Virus record (IMG/VR): IMGVR_UViG_3300021961_000020
DNA length: 64,000 nt
Strand: one strand, 5' to 3'
Source of the DNA: a virus
A program made the translations under genes and the position numbers. The notes under the pieces were generated by a model. The model did no database searches. It was not told the DNA's origin and saw nothing but the letters and a program-made list of their open reading frames with translations. This document shows, one piece after another, positions 16,856 to 25,959 of the stretch (position 1 is its first letter; the number at the start of each line of letters is the position of its first letter).

Positions 16856-17968
16856 TTAGAGACCTGTCAAGGGATGTACATTGTCAATCCAGTTACGGAA
16901 ATAGGTGGTGTACCAATGACCATAAGTAGGTGTATCGTCATTGATCAGTTCAAGTCTTGACTTAGACTTTGCATCAGTGATGAAATCGAAGAACCGCTGA
17001 TCATAAGAATGAGAGCGACTCATCTCCTCCGCTGCTGACCAGAACATTGTAGCATACTTAGACCCGTTAGCGTAATGCCAGAGGATGAAATTCTGTACCT
17101 CTTCGACATCTGTCACAAGCTCTTGGAGGATCGACCTCTTTGATCTTCCATCAAAGATCCATTGGCAAACTAAAGAAGTCCAACGATAGTATGTTTCAAC
17201 CGAACTCGCTTCTAATGGTTCGATAAACAACAACCTATTACCATTCAAGATAACCTTATCATTTTGAATTGGTTTCCTGGCAAGATAGTTATTGAAATGC
17301 AAAGTATCGGTCGGAGTAACACCAAACATTTTTTGTATGTTTACTTTTGCTTCTTCATTGGAAGTGTATTTGTTGTTGTACAAATATCCATACGAAGTAA
17401 ATCCTTTGTTGGGTATGCCGAAGCACCACCCGTCTGGAGTAGCAATACAACGAGTCCAGTGCTGATCAGGATCTCTGTAACTGTCCCGACCTAAGACAAC
17501 ACTGTTCAAAGGATTCTTAAGGATGTTGTAATAAGAAAAATCTTTAGGAGTTCCTCTACAGTCAAAGACATAATCGCAATCCAATTCATTGCAATCATCA
17601 ACATGTCTTTCTATAAATTTACATACCTTCTTTGCAATCATACACTCTCTCAGTTTGTCTGGAGAGTAGTGTATTGCCATGTAATCCATGGGAAATGGGT
17701 TGAAGAACTTATCTTTCTTCTTTCCCCATCCCTCATACAAAATTCCTGATTTAAATGTGGCGTCGATCTCATTGTTATACCAATCGACACCAAGAATCTC
17801 ATGAATAAGACCGACAAAGTTTACTAAAGATCCCTGTCCTACTTTCTCAATAGGAATCTTAGGATCGTAATAAACTTCAATCTCTACATCTTGACCGTAA
17901 GTTTCTCTAATCAAAAATAGGGCAACGACTAAACCGCCGTTGCCCCCACCAACAACACCAATTTTCAT
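16856..17968 (-). CDS. FAD-dependent tryptophan halogenase-like protein
   Basis: GGGNGG, VGQGS, DATFKSGI.YEGWG, DGWCFGIP, FIEPLEASS. Confidence 0.85.
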   Translation of the reverse strand: MKIGVVGGGNGGLVVALFLIRETYGQDVEIEVYYDPKIPIEKVGQGSLVNFVGLIHEILGVDWYNNEIDATFKSGILYEGWGKKKDKFFNPFPMDYMAIHYSPDKLRECMIAKKVCKFIERHVDDCNELDCDYVFDCRGTPKDFSYYNILKNPLNSVVLGRDSYRDPDQHWTRCIATPDGWCFGIPNKGFTSYGYLYNNKYTSNEEAKVNIQKMFGVTPTDTLHFNNYLARKPIQNDKVILNGNRLLFIEPLEASSVETYYRWTSLVCQWIFDGRSKRSILQELVTDVEEVQNFILWHYANGSKYATMFWSAAEEMSRSHSYDQRFFDFITDAKSKSRLELINDDTPTYGHWYTTYFRNWIDNVHPLTGL

Positions 17969-18129
17969 TGAGAATACTCTTTTAACACATCAAGAACTTT
18001 GTTCAAAGCATCATGAGCTCCATCATGCCAGTCACCATTCTTAGCGTAATGCTGTCCATTATAGAGTTCATTCTTTAATCTGTAAACTCTATACAAGAGA
18101 TCATTCTTTGTCACGATACTTCTAGGCAT
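17965..18129 (-). CDS. Small hypothetical (54 aa)
   Basis: MPRSIVTKNDLLYRVYRLKNELYNG...WHDGAHDALNKVLDVLKEYSQ; ATGA overlap with the next gene. Confidence 0.65.
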   Translation of the reverse strand: MPRSIVTKNDLLYRVYRLKNELYNGQHYAKNGDWHDGAHDALNKVLDVLKEYSQ

Positions 18130-18131
18130 AA

Positions 18132-18362
18132 TTAAGGAAGGGGGAGAGCAGGACCAGTTACTTTAGGCATCTCTGGCATAGCACCACTGATCATGCCAGG
18201 GAGTGCTTCTGTTACTGATGCTGTGACTTGCTCGATTGCTTGCTTCTTTGCTGCTTCAATCATAGCATCCTTATTGAGGAGCACATATGCGCTACCACCA
18301 ATGAGGGCAGCAGAAGTAAGACCAGAAAGCAGTGCAATAACATTGATTAGTTTTTGCATCAT
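18132..18362 (-). CDS. Small membrane-anchored hypothetical
   Basis: MMQKLINVIALLSGLTSAALIGG hydrophobic N-terminus; start moved to 18362. Confidence 0.65.
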   Translation of the reverse strand: MMQKLINVIALLSGLTSAALIGGSAYVLLNKDAMIEAAKKQAIEQVTASVTEALPGMISGAMPEMPKVTGPALPLP

Positions 18363-18401
18363 GCTATTAGAAAGGGACACCTTATATAGGTGTCCCAAAT
18401 A

Positions 18402-18950
18402 TTACTCTTCGTCTTCTTCTTCGAGACCCAAATGTTCTTTGATCCTCTTATAAACATTCAGAGGAGTTGATTCTTCATAAGGATCTCCCACATAATTGTG
18501 TGATAGACCTTCTTCATCGAACATCAGTTCAATCTCACCGTCAACAACATAAGCAGCATAACGCCAAGAACGATTACCGAATCCGATGTTAGTTTTCTTA
18601 ACGAGCATGCCAATGCCATCGGCAAGTTCAGCATTCCCGTCAGGAATCATTTCAACTTTAGTAATCTCAAGAGACTTTGCCCATGCTTCCATCACATAGT
18701 CGTCGTTAACACTGGTGCAATAGATTGCATCAATACCAAGATCCTTGACGAACTTATCGTAGAGATCTTCATATGCGGGAAGCATTTCGTTGGTGCAGGT
18801 AGGAGTAAATGCACCAGGAAGTCCGAACAGAATTACTTTCTTTCCAGCAAAGTAATCTGCAGTATCAACGATTTGATACTTCTCCATCTCACCATTCTCA
18901 TCAGGAACAGGAGATCCTTGAAGGTGGAATCTTGCGTGGGGAATTCTCAT
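18402..18950 (-). CDS. Peroxiredoxin (Prx5/type II)
   Basis: LPGAFTPTCT, CTSVND.YVM.AW, IPDGNAE, RSWRYA. Confidence 0.92.
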   Translation of the reverse strand: MRIPHARFHLQGSPVPDENGEMEKYQIVDTADYFAGKKVILFGLPGAFTPTCTNEMLPAYEDLYDKFVKDLGIDAIYCTSVNDDYVMEAWAKSLEITKVEMIPDGNAELADGIGMLVKKTNIGFGNRSWRYAAYVVDGEIELMFDEEGLSHNYVGDPYEESTPLNVYKRIKEHLGLEEEDEE

Positions 18951-18951
18951 A

Positions 18952-19071
18952 TCACCAAATGCCAGGAATCAGTTGACCAGTTGTAATGTAAGCACCGACA
19001 CCAGCAACGAAACCAATCATTGCCAGGCGAGCATTGAGGATCTCTGCCTCAGGAGTAAAGAGTTTTTTCAT
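18952..19071 (-). CDS. hli: High-light inducible protein (39 aa)
   Basis: MKKLFTPEAEILNARLAMIGFVAGVGAYITTGQLIPGIW; ExxNxRLAMIG motif; not in the ORF track. Confidence 0.93.
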   Translation of the reverse strand: MKKLFTPEAEILNARLAMIGFVAGVGAYITTGQLIPGIW

Positions 19072-19201
19072 AGTGCTTGTGGAGTTTAGGAACAAGATAT
19101 GGACGGGAGAAAACTTGTTTAAGGGACATAGTTTTCAATTCTTCTTTTTGTTCTGGGGATAGAGAACCCCAACGAAGACGAGCCAGAATATTCTTAAGCA
19201 T
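19049..19201 (-). CDS. Small hypothetical (50 aa)
   Basis: [35 protein letters not shown]...; fills the gap between two genes. Confidence 0.5.
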   Translation of the reverse strand: MLKNILARLRWGSLSPEQKEELKTMSLKQVFSRPYLVPKLHKHYEKTLYS

Positions 19202-19439
19202 TATATGGATGTTTTTGTTTCAGATTAGGATCAGGAATACTGTCTACTTTTTCTCTGGCAGGTTTGATGACAATGAACTTATCATTCTTGAGAGTGCCAG
19301 CAATCTGAACCTGAAGTTGATCTTCAGAAGACCATGCACCAGAATCAACTAATTTTTCTAAAGCGATTGCTAGTTGTCCAAGCATGTCAGCGGTAACGCT
19401 ATTGACTGGGACAGAAGCAGATGGAGCGAATGACTTCAC
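19194..19439 (-). CDS. Conserved cyanophage hypothetical
   Basis: [25 protein letters not shown]; stop-start overlap with petF. Confidence 0.6.
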   Translation of the reverse strand: MKSFAPSASVPVNSVTADMLGQLAIALEKLVDSGAWSSEDQLQVQIAGTLKNDKFIVIKPAREKVDSIPDPNLKQKHPYNA

Positions 19440-19729
19440 AGGTTTTCTTCCTGCTCAGTAAGAATCACACAGTCGCTGGTGGGATATGCCACACAGGTAA
19501 GCACCCAACCTTCAGCGATTTGATCATCGTCAAGGAAGGATTGCTCTTCGTTATCTACGGTGCCAGAGATGAGTTTCCCTGCACAAGCACTACAAGCGCC
19601 TGCTTTGCACGACGAAGGGAGGTCAACGCCTGCCTCTTCTGCTGCTTCAAGAATGTACTGATCTTCAGGACATTCGATTTTAGTCTCAGTTCCATCAGGA
19701 GATTGGAGAGTAACGCTGTAAATGGTCAT
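19436..19729 (-). CDS. petF: Plant-type 2Fe-2S ferredoxin
   Basis: [13 protein letters not shown]...[12 protein letters not shown]; start MTIYSVTL at 19729. Confidence 0.97.
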   Translation of the reverse strand: MTIYSVTLQSPDGTETKIECPEDQYILEAAEEAGVDLPSSCKAGACSACAGKLISGTVDNEEQSFLDDDQIAEGWVLTCVAYPTSDCVILTEQEENL

Positions 19730-19815
19730 CAGTAAGTGTCGCAAACTTTTTCAACGGATGCTGCCAGGAGAACGAACCAGGCAACAGATACCATTGTAAA
19801 GAAAACTGAAGTCAT
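19729..19815 (-). CDS. 28-aa hydrophobic peptide coupled to petF
   Basis: [28 protein letters not shown]; TGATG overlap. Confidence 0.55.
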   Translation of the reverse strand: MTSVFFTMVSVAWFVLLAASVEKVCDTY

Positions 19816-19829
19816 TGTCAAATCCATTG

Positions 19830-20033
19830 TCAGAAAATGCCAAAAAAGAGTTTACCAGTAGCGAGGTAAGATACAGCACCAAAGATGATGCCCATCATTG
19901 CCCAACGACCATTATACATCTCCGTGGTCTGCATAGGGGTCAGCAGTCCCTTACGGTTGTACTCTTGATAAACCATCTCGGGCTCCTTTGCCCACATATT
20001 CATCTGTCCGTTTTCATTAGTAGTTACGGTCAT
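19830..20033 (-). CDS. hli: High-light inducible protein with N-terminal extension
   Basis: MTVTTNENGQMNMWAKEP...TEMYNGRWAMMG; start moved to 20033. Confidence 0.93.
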   Translation of the reverse strand: MTVTTNENGQMNMWAKEPEMVYQEYNRKGLLTPMQTTEMYNGRWAMMGIIFGAVSYLATGKLFFGIF

Positions 20034-20040
20034 GATCTGT

Positions 20041-20095
20041 TTGTAAAGATTTACAACATTATATAGCAAAAAGAAAGGGGTGTCAAGCACCCCTT
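20041..20095 (-). promoter_or_regulatory. Perfect sigma70 promoter TTGACA-N17-TATAAT embedded in a terminator hairpin, with a downstream inverted repeat
   Basis: -35 at 20081-20086, -10 at 20058-20063, stem AAGGGGTG/CACCCCTT, TTGTAAA-N2-TTTACAA at 20041-20056. Confidence 0.85.
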
Positions 20096-20128
20096 GTTAT
20101 TGTATCCTGACAGACTAAGTATTAATAC

Positions 20129-20269
20129 TTAGCGTTTATAGTTTGGATTTTTTCTAAGAAAATTTCTGACATAAGAGTCAGAATCTATATCCATTTTGTA
20201 GTGGGCATGAAGGTGTACTCCTTCTATCACTACAAATGTTGTTAATAGAAAGAGTACAGCCCACTTCAT
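20129..20269 (-). CDS. Small membrane/secreted hypothetical (46 aa)
   Basis: MKWAVLFLLTTFVVIEGVHLHAHYKMD... Confidence 0.5.
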   Translation of the reverse strand: MKWAVLFLLTTFVVIEGVHLHAHYKMDIDSDSYVRNFLRKNPNYKR

Positions 20270-20272
20270 TTA

Positions 20273-20644
20273 TCAGAAGGTGAACTTCAGACCAGCCTTA
20301 GTGCCGTAGGAACGATCAACACCAGCAACGCCGCTGCCCAGGAAGGAAACTTCGCCGTAAGCAGACAGTTGCTCGGTCAGACCAGCGGAAAGACCAGCCT
20401 TACCAGAGGGAACGGTGTCAGAAGCACCGCCGTCAGGAGCAACGATGGTAGCACCAGCTTGGACATACCAACCAGCGGATTCGCCCAGAGCGCCTTCGTA
20501 GCCAACATGGGTGTCAATGTTGGTGCCAGAGTAGTTGGAACCAGTGAAACCAGAGTTGGCTTCGACATTCACATAAGGACCTGCCATAGCAGCGCCAGCG
20601 AAAAGGGGAGCAGCAGCCAGAGCTGCGATAGTGGACTTAAGCAT
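20273..20644 (-). CDS. Small outer-membrane beta-barrel/porin-like protein, host-like
   Basis: Signal peptide ending AMA/G, alternating beta strands, C-terminal aromatic GLKFTF. Confidence 0.75.
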   Translation of the reverse strand: MLKSTIAALAAAPLFAGAAMAGPYVNVEANSGFTGSNYSGTNIDTHVGYEGALGESAGWYVQAGATIVAPDGGASDTVPSGKAGLSAGLTEQLSAYGEVSFLGSGVAGVDRSYGTKAGLKFTF

Positions 20645-20670
20645 TTGAAAAAACCTCGTTAAAATTTACT

Positions 20671-20739
20671 TGCGGAGTGATTACCCGCAGATGATGGATC
20701 GGATTCGACTTCCCGATCGCATTTAAAGATTATAGCACA
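20671..20739 (-). promoter_or_regulatory. Extended -10 promoter and two-hairpin 5' leader
   Basis: TGTGCTATAAT at 20729-20739; stems GATCGGG/TCCGATC and TGCGGG/TCCGCA. Confidence 0.55.
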
Positions 20740-20811
20740 GAATGGAGCGCGAGTAGTTGAGGCGGTCATTCCATGAACTGTCACATGTGACAGTTGTAAT
20801 ATTTATACATA

Positions 20812-21612
20812 TTACTTCCCTTCAAAACCAGGGGGTAACCGACCAAGGTAAGGATTGAGATCGAAGAACTGATTCCAATCTTCAACCATGTTAGCATCGT
20901 TCCTCCAGAAATTCCAAAGGGCATCATGACAATTACGATGGAACACATCGATATGCATGTCATGAATGTCTGACCCAAGAGCAATCTTATACATTAAGAT
21001 TGGCATGGCATAGGTCAGACCACTGTTGTAGAGAAGATCATCAGCAACAGCGCGTGGTTTAATTCTACCATCTAGTTTGTACTTCCCATTCTTAGTATAA
21101 AGATCGAGAAGTTTATGACCATACCTGCGATTAATGACATAGGCAGCTGTTGAAAAGTCATTTACGAAGCGATAATGCATCTGCATGACAGGCATCGCAG
21201 GGTTGATGATTGCAATCTGGAGACAATCCCATGCAGCAGGTGCATGGCGAAAGAAATCTTTCCAAGAAAATGGCCAATGCTTGACCACTTCTAGATCGCA
21301 ATCATCTTCCATCATTATAGCATAATCATCAGTGGAAGTTTCCAACCAATGTTGAATTGCTTTGAGGTGAGAAGTTACACAACCAATCTCACCCGATGAC
21401 ATATTGTCTGGATATTTACCAGCAATAATATCACTCAGGTCATCATGACGACCGTCATAGGCAGAGATCCTAGTATGTTTTTCAATTTGCCAATATGCAA
21501 ATTGATCTTCCATAAACTTACGACGATCTGTTTTATCGTCTAAGTTCAACCAATAGATATGAGGAATGTCTTTGAGTTTTGGTGCAGATTTATTTTTGTC
21601 CATGCTTAGCAA
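20812..21612 (-). CDS. Glycosyltransferase family 25-like
   Basis: YWLNLD..TDRR, RISAYDG, GEIGCVTSH, MMEDD. Confidence 0.85.
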   Translation of the reverse strand: MLSMDKNKSAPKLKDIPHIYWLNLDDKTDRRKFMEDQFAYWQIEKHTRISAYDGRHDDLSDIIAGKYPDNMSSGEIGCVTSHLKAIQHWLETSTDDYAIMMEDDCDLEVVKHWPFSWKDFFRHAPAAWDCLQIAIINPAMPVMQMHYRFVNDFSTAAYVINRRYGHKLLDLYTKNGKYKLDGRIKPRAVADDLLYNSGLTYAMPILMYKIALGSDIHDMHIDVFHRNCHDALWNFWRNDANMVEDWNQFFDLNPYLGRLPPGFEGK

Positions 21613-22543
21613 TCACTTCGTTCACATTAGGTAGGTAATGGTTTTGCAGGACATTAGTCCAATCAAACTCTTTAGCATACTCTAGGATCTCTTCCCGATG
21701 GGAGACTGAATACTCCCTGTTCTTGATTATAGCATACTCAACATATTCCACATCATCAATCTTTGATTCTGGAATAACTGTAATAAACTCACGATCAAGA
21801 TCCAGGTTTGCTGTAGCAAACTCACTGACCACAACACCGAGACCAGAAGCAAATGCTTCCATGATAACCAGAGAGTGTGCCTCACCATCAGACAGGAGCA
21901 CAAGGTTACCATAGTCAGTCAGATAGTCATGGAGATATTCTTTCTTCCATTCACCGAGATAGTTTTTGTTAGCATTGAACCTCTTGTCAGCAATGTTACC
22001 AGCAAAGAACAGACTGTCGATGGACTGGAACTTATGCTGACGCTTACGGTAGTCAATCTTGGCAAGGTAGATACTACGGTCAGGGAACTCTGGTTCATCC
22101 GTGGTGCGGAAGAGATCTAGGTTTACACCATTAGGAACGATAGCAAGTTTCTCTTCTGGGATATCACCAAAGAATTGATACGCTTTCTTGATGCCTTCGG
22201 AGAGGCAGAAGACATTCGGTTTAGTCCGTTGGAAGTGACCGAAGATCTGCCCATACCCATTCATCTTGTCTGGGCGTTCGATGTAGGCAAAGTGGGTGGT
22301 ACACGCACAAGGATATTGCACATAAGGATAGAGAACAACCCAGTCGTCATAATGAATATGCACGAAATCAGGGCGAAACGCATTGATTCTCTTGATGATC
22401 TCTCTAGGATCTGAGACATTGATGATGTCAACTTCATGACCTAACTTCTCCAAGGTAAGTTTGTAGTCCCAGATAAGACTCTCTACTGCTCCCCAACCTA
22501 CGGGAGGGATAGGAGTGGCGGGACCAACGATAGAGAATCTCAT
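21590..22543 (-). CDS. GT-B glycosyltransferase (GT4-like)
   Basis: IPPVGWGAVE, VPNGVN, EAHSLVIMEAFASGL. Confidence 0.8.
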   Translation of the reverse strand: MRFSIVGPATPIPPVGWGAVESLIWDYKLTLEKLGHEVDIINVSDPREIIKRINAFRPDFVHIHYDDWVVLYPYVQYPCACTTHFAYIERPDKMNGYGQIFGHFQRTKPNVFCLSEGIKKAYQFFGDIPEEKLAIVPNGVNLDLFRTTDEPEFPDRSIYLAKIDYRKRQHKFQSIDSLFFAGNIADKRFNANKNYLGEWKKEYLHDYLTDYGNLVLLSDGEAHSLVIMEAFASGLGVVVSEFATANLDLDREFITVIPESKIDDVEYVEYAIIKNREYSVSHREEILEYAKEFDWTNVLQNHYLPNVNEVIAKHGQK

Positions 22544-23517
22544 AGTAACGACTGCAACTTCGGAATGTATTCATAAGCAAGAATGTTTTCAAGACCGAAT
22601 TCGTAAATGCCGTATTCTCTGATCTCTTTTCTATGCTGCTTAGATACTTTTTTATTGTTCTCGATTGTCTCAAGAACATATTCAAGGTTATTTATTTTGC
22701 TTTCTGGGATTACATCAATCCAAGGTTTAGAAGTGTCAAGTTCAGGAGCAACTGCTTCCGAACAAACAACACCAAGTCCACAAATCAATCCCTCTTTAAT
22801 AACAAGAGGAGTGGTATTCTCAACTTCACTCAAGAGAGCAATGTTTGAATAGCAAGTAATGTACTCATTGAGTTTTTCTCTAACGACTTCTCCCTTATAG
22901 TTCTTATTCCTCTTATCAAACTTACCACCAAACTCCATGCGACCCATAAAGTCAACGCTATCAATTTTCTCTAGGAGATACTGACGCTTACGGTCTACAA
23001 TCTGAGAGAAGCAAAGAGTTCTATCCCAACTAGCAAACTCATCAAACTTATAAGGTTCGGGGCGAACTCCTAGTTTACTCAACCAGACACGATTAGGATT
23101 AGCACCAAGACTAATCCAGGTATCAATATCTTTCTGAGATGAACAGAAAATATGATGCTTTCTATTAGCAGCAATTTTTTGAGCGATGGGTCCATAACCA
23201 TCTCTACCCCACATATGTGGAGTATTAACATATGGATAATGACTAGAGACGATCAGTGCTCCGCATAAAGGAGCCAGGTCATCAATGATGTCATGGAAAA
23301 CATCATAATGAAGGTGAACAATGTCATACTTTCCGTGAGCAACTTCAAATTTGATTAGTTCCCTGTCGGGAGTGTTAATGATTTCAACACGATGACCCAA
23401 GTCTCTAAGGATCATGGTGTAATCCCAGATAAGCATCTCTACAGCACCCCACCCATCAGGCGGAATCTGCATAATGCCAGGACCAATCAAAGCAATTTTC
23501 ATCTGTAAGTCTCCCAA
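22540..23517 (-). CDS. GT-B glycosyltransferase (GT4-like), paralog of the neighbouring gene
   Basis: IPPDGWGAVE, ENTTPLVIKEGLICGL. Confidence 0.8.
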   Translation of the reverse strand: MGDLQMKIALIGPGIMQIPPDGWGAVEMLIWDYTMILRDLGHRVEIINTPDRELIKFEVAHGKYDIVHLHYDVFHDIIDDLAPLCGALIVSSHYPYVNTPHMWGRDGYGPIAQKIAANRKHHIFCSSQKDIDTWISLGANPNRVWLSKLGVRPEPYKFDEFASWDRTLCFSQIVDRKRQYLLEKIDSVDFMGRMEFGGKFDKRNKNYKGEVVREKLNEYITCYSNIALLSEVENTTPLVIKEGLICGLGVVCSEAVAPELDTSKPWIDVIPESKINNLEYVLETIENNKKVSKQHRKEIREYGIYEFGLENILAYEYIPKLQSLL

Positions 23518-24338
23518 TACATCGTCTCTTTAATTTGATTAACAAATCCAGGGCTATGTGCAATAAGTGATGGAATGTTTTGGTATGCTGCATGGAAGGC
23601 AAACACTTTTTCGTATTCATCTTCCTGAGGATTCTTACCATACCAAATACCATCAACAAGTTTCATGTCTTGTTGAGTTGCCGCAGCACAATGATTGAAT
23701 GCACCGTTAGTAAATTTATATCCGCCAACTTCGTTCATGGCAAGACAGAGAACAAGCTCGTCTGTGACACCATCATGCAATCCACCATCACCAAAGATGT
23801 CATTAAAGATTTCCATGTAACGAGTAAACAAATTATCATGCTTACCCTTCTGAAAAAGGAATGCTCCCGACGCAGCATAGTCATAGGTACTAAGATCCTC
23901 TGGAAAATATTTTCCAAGTCCAGTCTTATCTACTTGAACTTTACGGATATAATCTTCTAGGGTAGGCACCCACCAGTGACGGGCAATCAAGAAATCATCT
24001 TGTGCCTCTTCAATCAATTGATCAACACGATCATTGACAACTACACAATCGGTATCAAGATAGATGCAGTAGTCAGTTTCTACATGCTTGAAGACATTAT
24101 AACGCTCCGCCCAAATGTGTGGTTGAAACCAGTTACGATCATCCTCATTACGAATAGCATCAGCATTTGCCTTGACAATCTTTACTTTAGGATCATCGAT
24201 ATCCAACCGATCATCCATATCAAGGATAACAATTTCATGATCTTGTTCGATCCTCTCAAGGGATTCACAAGCCCTCATCAAATTCTTATAGTAACTATCA
24301 TCGCCACCAACGATGAATCCAAAACTCAGTTTAGTCAT
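23499..24338 (-). CDS. GT-A glycosyltransferase-like
   Basis: IYLDTDCVV DxD motif. Confidence 0.6.
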   Translation of the reverse strand: MTKLSFGFIVGGDDSYYKNLMRACESLERIEQDHEIVILDMDDRLDIDDPKVKIVKANADAIRNEDDRNWFQPHIWAERYNVFKHVETDYCIYLDTDCVVVNDRVDQLIEEAQDDFLIARHWWVPTLEDYIRKVQVDKTGLGKYFPEDLSTYDYAASGAFLFQKGKHDNLFTRYMEIFNDIFGDGGLHDGVTDELVLCLAMNEVGGYKFTNGAFNHCAAATQQDMKLVDGIWYGKNPQEDEYEKVFAFHAAYQNIPSLIAHSPGFVNQIKETMYWETYR

Positions 24339-25258
24339 AGTAATTTAAGAAGTCCGTTGATACGATTGACATAAGTATGATGCTCTCTAGTATGACGCAT
24401 CTGTCTAAGAATGAGTTCTTTGTCGTCTTTATTACGAAGACCTTCTTCAAACAACTCTAAAATATTCTCCCTACAAATAACATCAGGACCAGCAAACTCT
24501 GCTAGTTTGGGGGAGTTTGTAAGTCCAAGATTACCATAACTCATAGTCTTGAATACTCTACAAGTTTTAGTTCCCCACAATTTATGAGTTTCATTTCTAA
24601 GGTCGGGAGAAAGAAAAGATTTCTGCATCAATCCTCTCATGACTTCACCATCAATAGGGTTAGTCCAAGGGTTAGACCATACAGTATCCACACCAATTTT
24701 AGCACATAACTGAGCAAACTCTTTAATAAGATGTGCGTTCATAAATCTACCATCGGGAGAAATACTACCGATAAAATAGAAAGTATTCTCTCTCTGGATG
24801 TTTACCCAGTCTTCATTAAATTCTTCTGGAAGAATATCAGTTGCCCACGCTAAGTAAGAGATATCATATCCTTTTTCCTTTGACATGGCACGATCAACAC
24901 ATACGCCAGTGTCCAGTTCTTCAAACTGGGTGACATCGTGATCGAATTCATAGTTATCATTATCCATCTTATCTTGATGGTAACGCATGTCAATCAGTTT
25001 CTTGACATTGCCAAGATACTTCTCAGGATTCACACATACATGCACATAATATGTGCTGTTCTTCCTCAAAGGAATATTTTTATCAGCATACCCTTCTGTA
25101 AAGAACACGCAGTCATCATAATCAAAGTCTTCAGGATACTCATTGTCATGGAACCAAAAGACTTCGTGACCTGCTCTCTCTAATGCTTTTTGAAATCCTT
25201 CATGCACATATGAATATGTGTCAGAGTGAAGAGGATATCCCCAGAGAACACAACGCAT
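24335..25258 (-). CDS. Glycosyltransferase-like (CgeB/YkvP-type C-terminus)
   Basis: CRVFKTMSYG, HTYVNRI. Confidence 0.55.
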   Translation of the reverse strand: MRCVLWGYPLHSDTYSYVHEGFQKALERAGHEVFWFHDNEYPEDFDYDDCVFFTEGYADKNIPLRKNSTYYVHVCVNPEKYLGNVKKLIDMRYHQDKMDNDNYEFDHDVTQFEELDTGVCVDRAMSKEKGYDISYLAWATDILPEEFNEDWVNIQRENTFYFIGSISPDGRFMNAHLIKEFAQLCAKIGVDTVWSNPWTNPIDGEVMRGLMQKSFLSPDLRNETHKLWGTKTCRVFKTMSYGNLGLTNSPKLAEFAGPDVICRENILELFEEGLRNKDDKELILRQMRHTREHHTYVNRINGLLKLL

Positions 25259-25959
25259 CAGACTCTCCCCAGCATGTAATCTTCTGCTTTCTTAGTTTCT
25301 CCAGTCACACACTTCATAGCATCGATAGTATGAGAAGGGACAAGATCAGGATGAGCCCACCAATCTTCGAAAGGATGCTGATCGTCAACGGAAATATTGT
25401 CAGCAATAAGAACATAACCGAATGACTCAAGATACTCACGAGAAGCATCACGGACTTCAGGACCATCGTTGTAAGAGTCATGCTCGAAGGTGATGGTGGC
25501 GAACTTATACTTATTAAGATCGATACGCTTCAGTGCCTCAAAGGTAACAGAAGAAGGTTCACAATCTACCTGAAGGTAATCAAAGGTAGGACCAAGACCA
25601 ACTTCCTCAAACAGTTCATCGAAGTCAGCAGTAGTTGCATCACCTACAGCAACCTTTGCTCTACGATGTTTGTTATAAAGATCAGACTCATGTTCTTTAA
25701 TTTCAAATCCAATACCATCCCATTCAAAACGAGACTCAAGCAGAGCAGTATTGTTAGAAATAATAGGATGACCAGATCCAATCTCAACGAATGTTCCCCT
25801 CGGTCTTCCATCAGTCATACACAGGACAAACATATCCTGATAACACTGAGAAAAATTCTGATGACTTACCAGTTCAAGTCCAGGGAATTTATAACGGATT
25901 TCACTTGCTTTTTCAGCAGTGTAAAAGGTTGGCATTTGCCAGGCATTAGGGTCGCTCAT
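25258..25959 (-). CDS. FkbM-like SAM methyltransferase
   Basis: SQCYQD.FV, FVEIGSG, WDGIGFE, YLQVDCE, ITFEHD. Confidence 0.8.
   Translation of the reverse strand: MSDPNAWQMPTFYTAEKASEIRYKFPGLELVSHQNFSQCYQDMFVLCMTDGRPRGTFVEIGSGHPIISNNTALLESRFEWDGIGFEIKEHESDLYNKHRRAKVAVGDATTADFDELFEEVGLGPTFDYLQVDCEPSSVTFEALKRIDLNKYKFATITFEHDSYNDGPEVRDASREYLESFGYVLIADNISVDDQHPFEDWWAHPDLVPSHTIDAMKCVTGETKKAEDYMLGRV

Noticed and set aside
20041-20056. NtcA box at the hli promoter
   Set aside because: Spacing is GTA-N6-TAC, not GTA-N8-TAC
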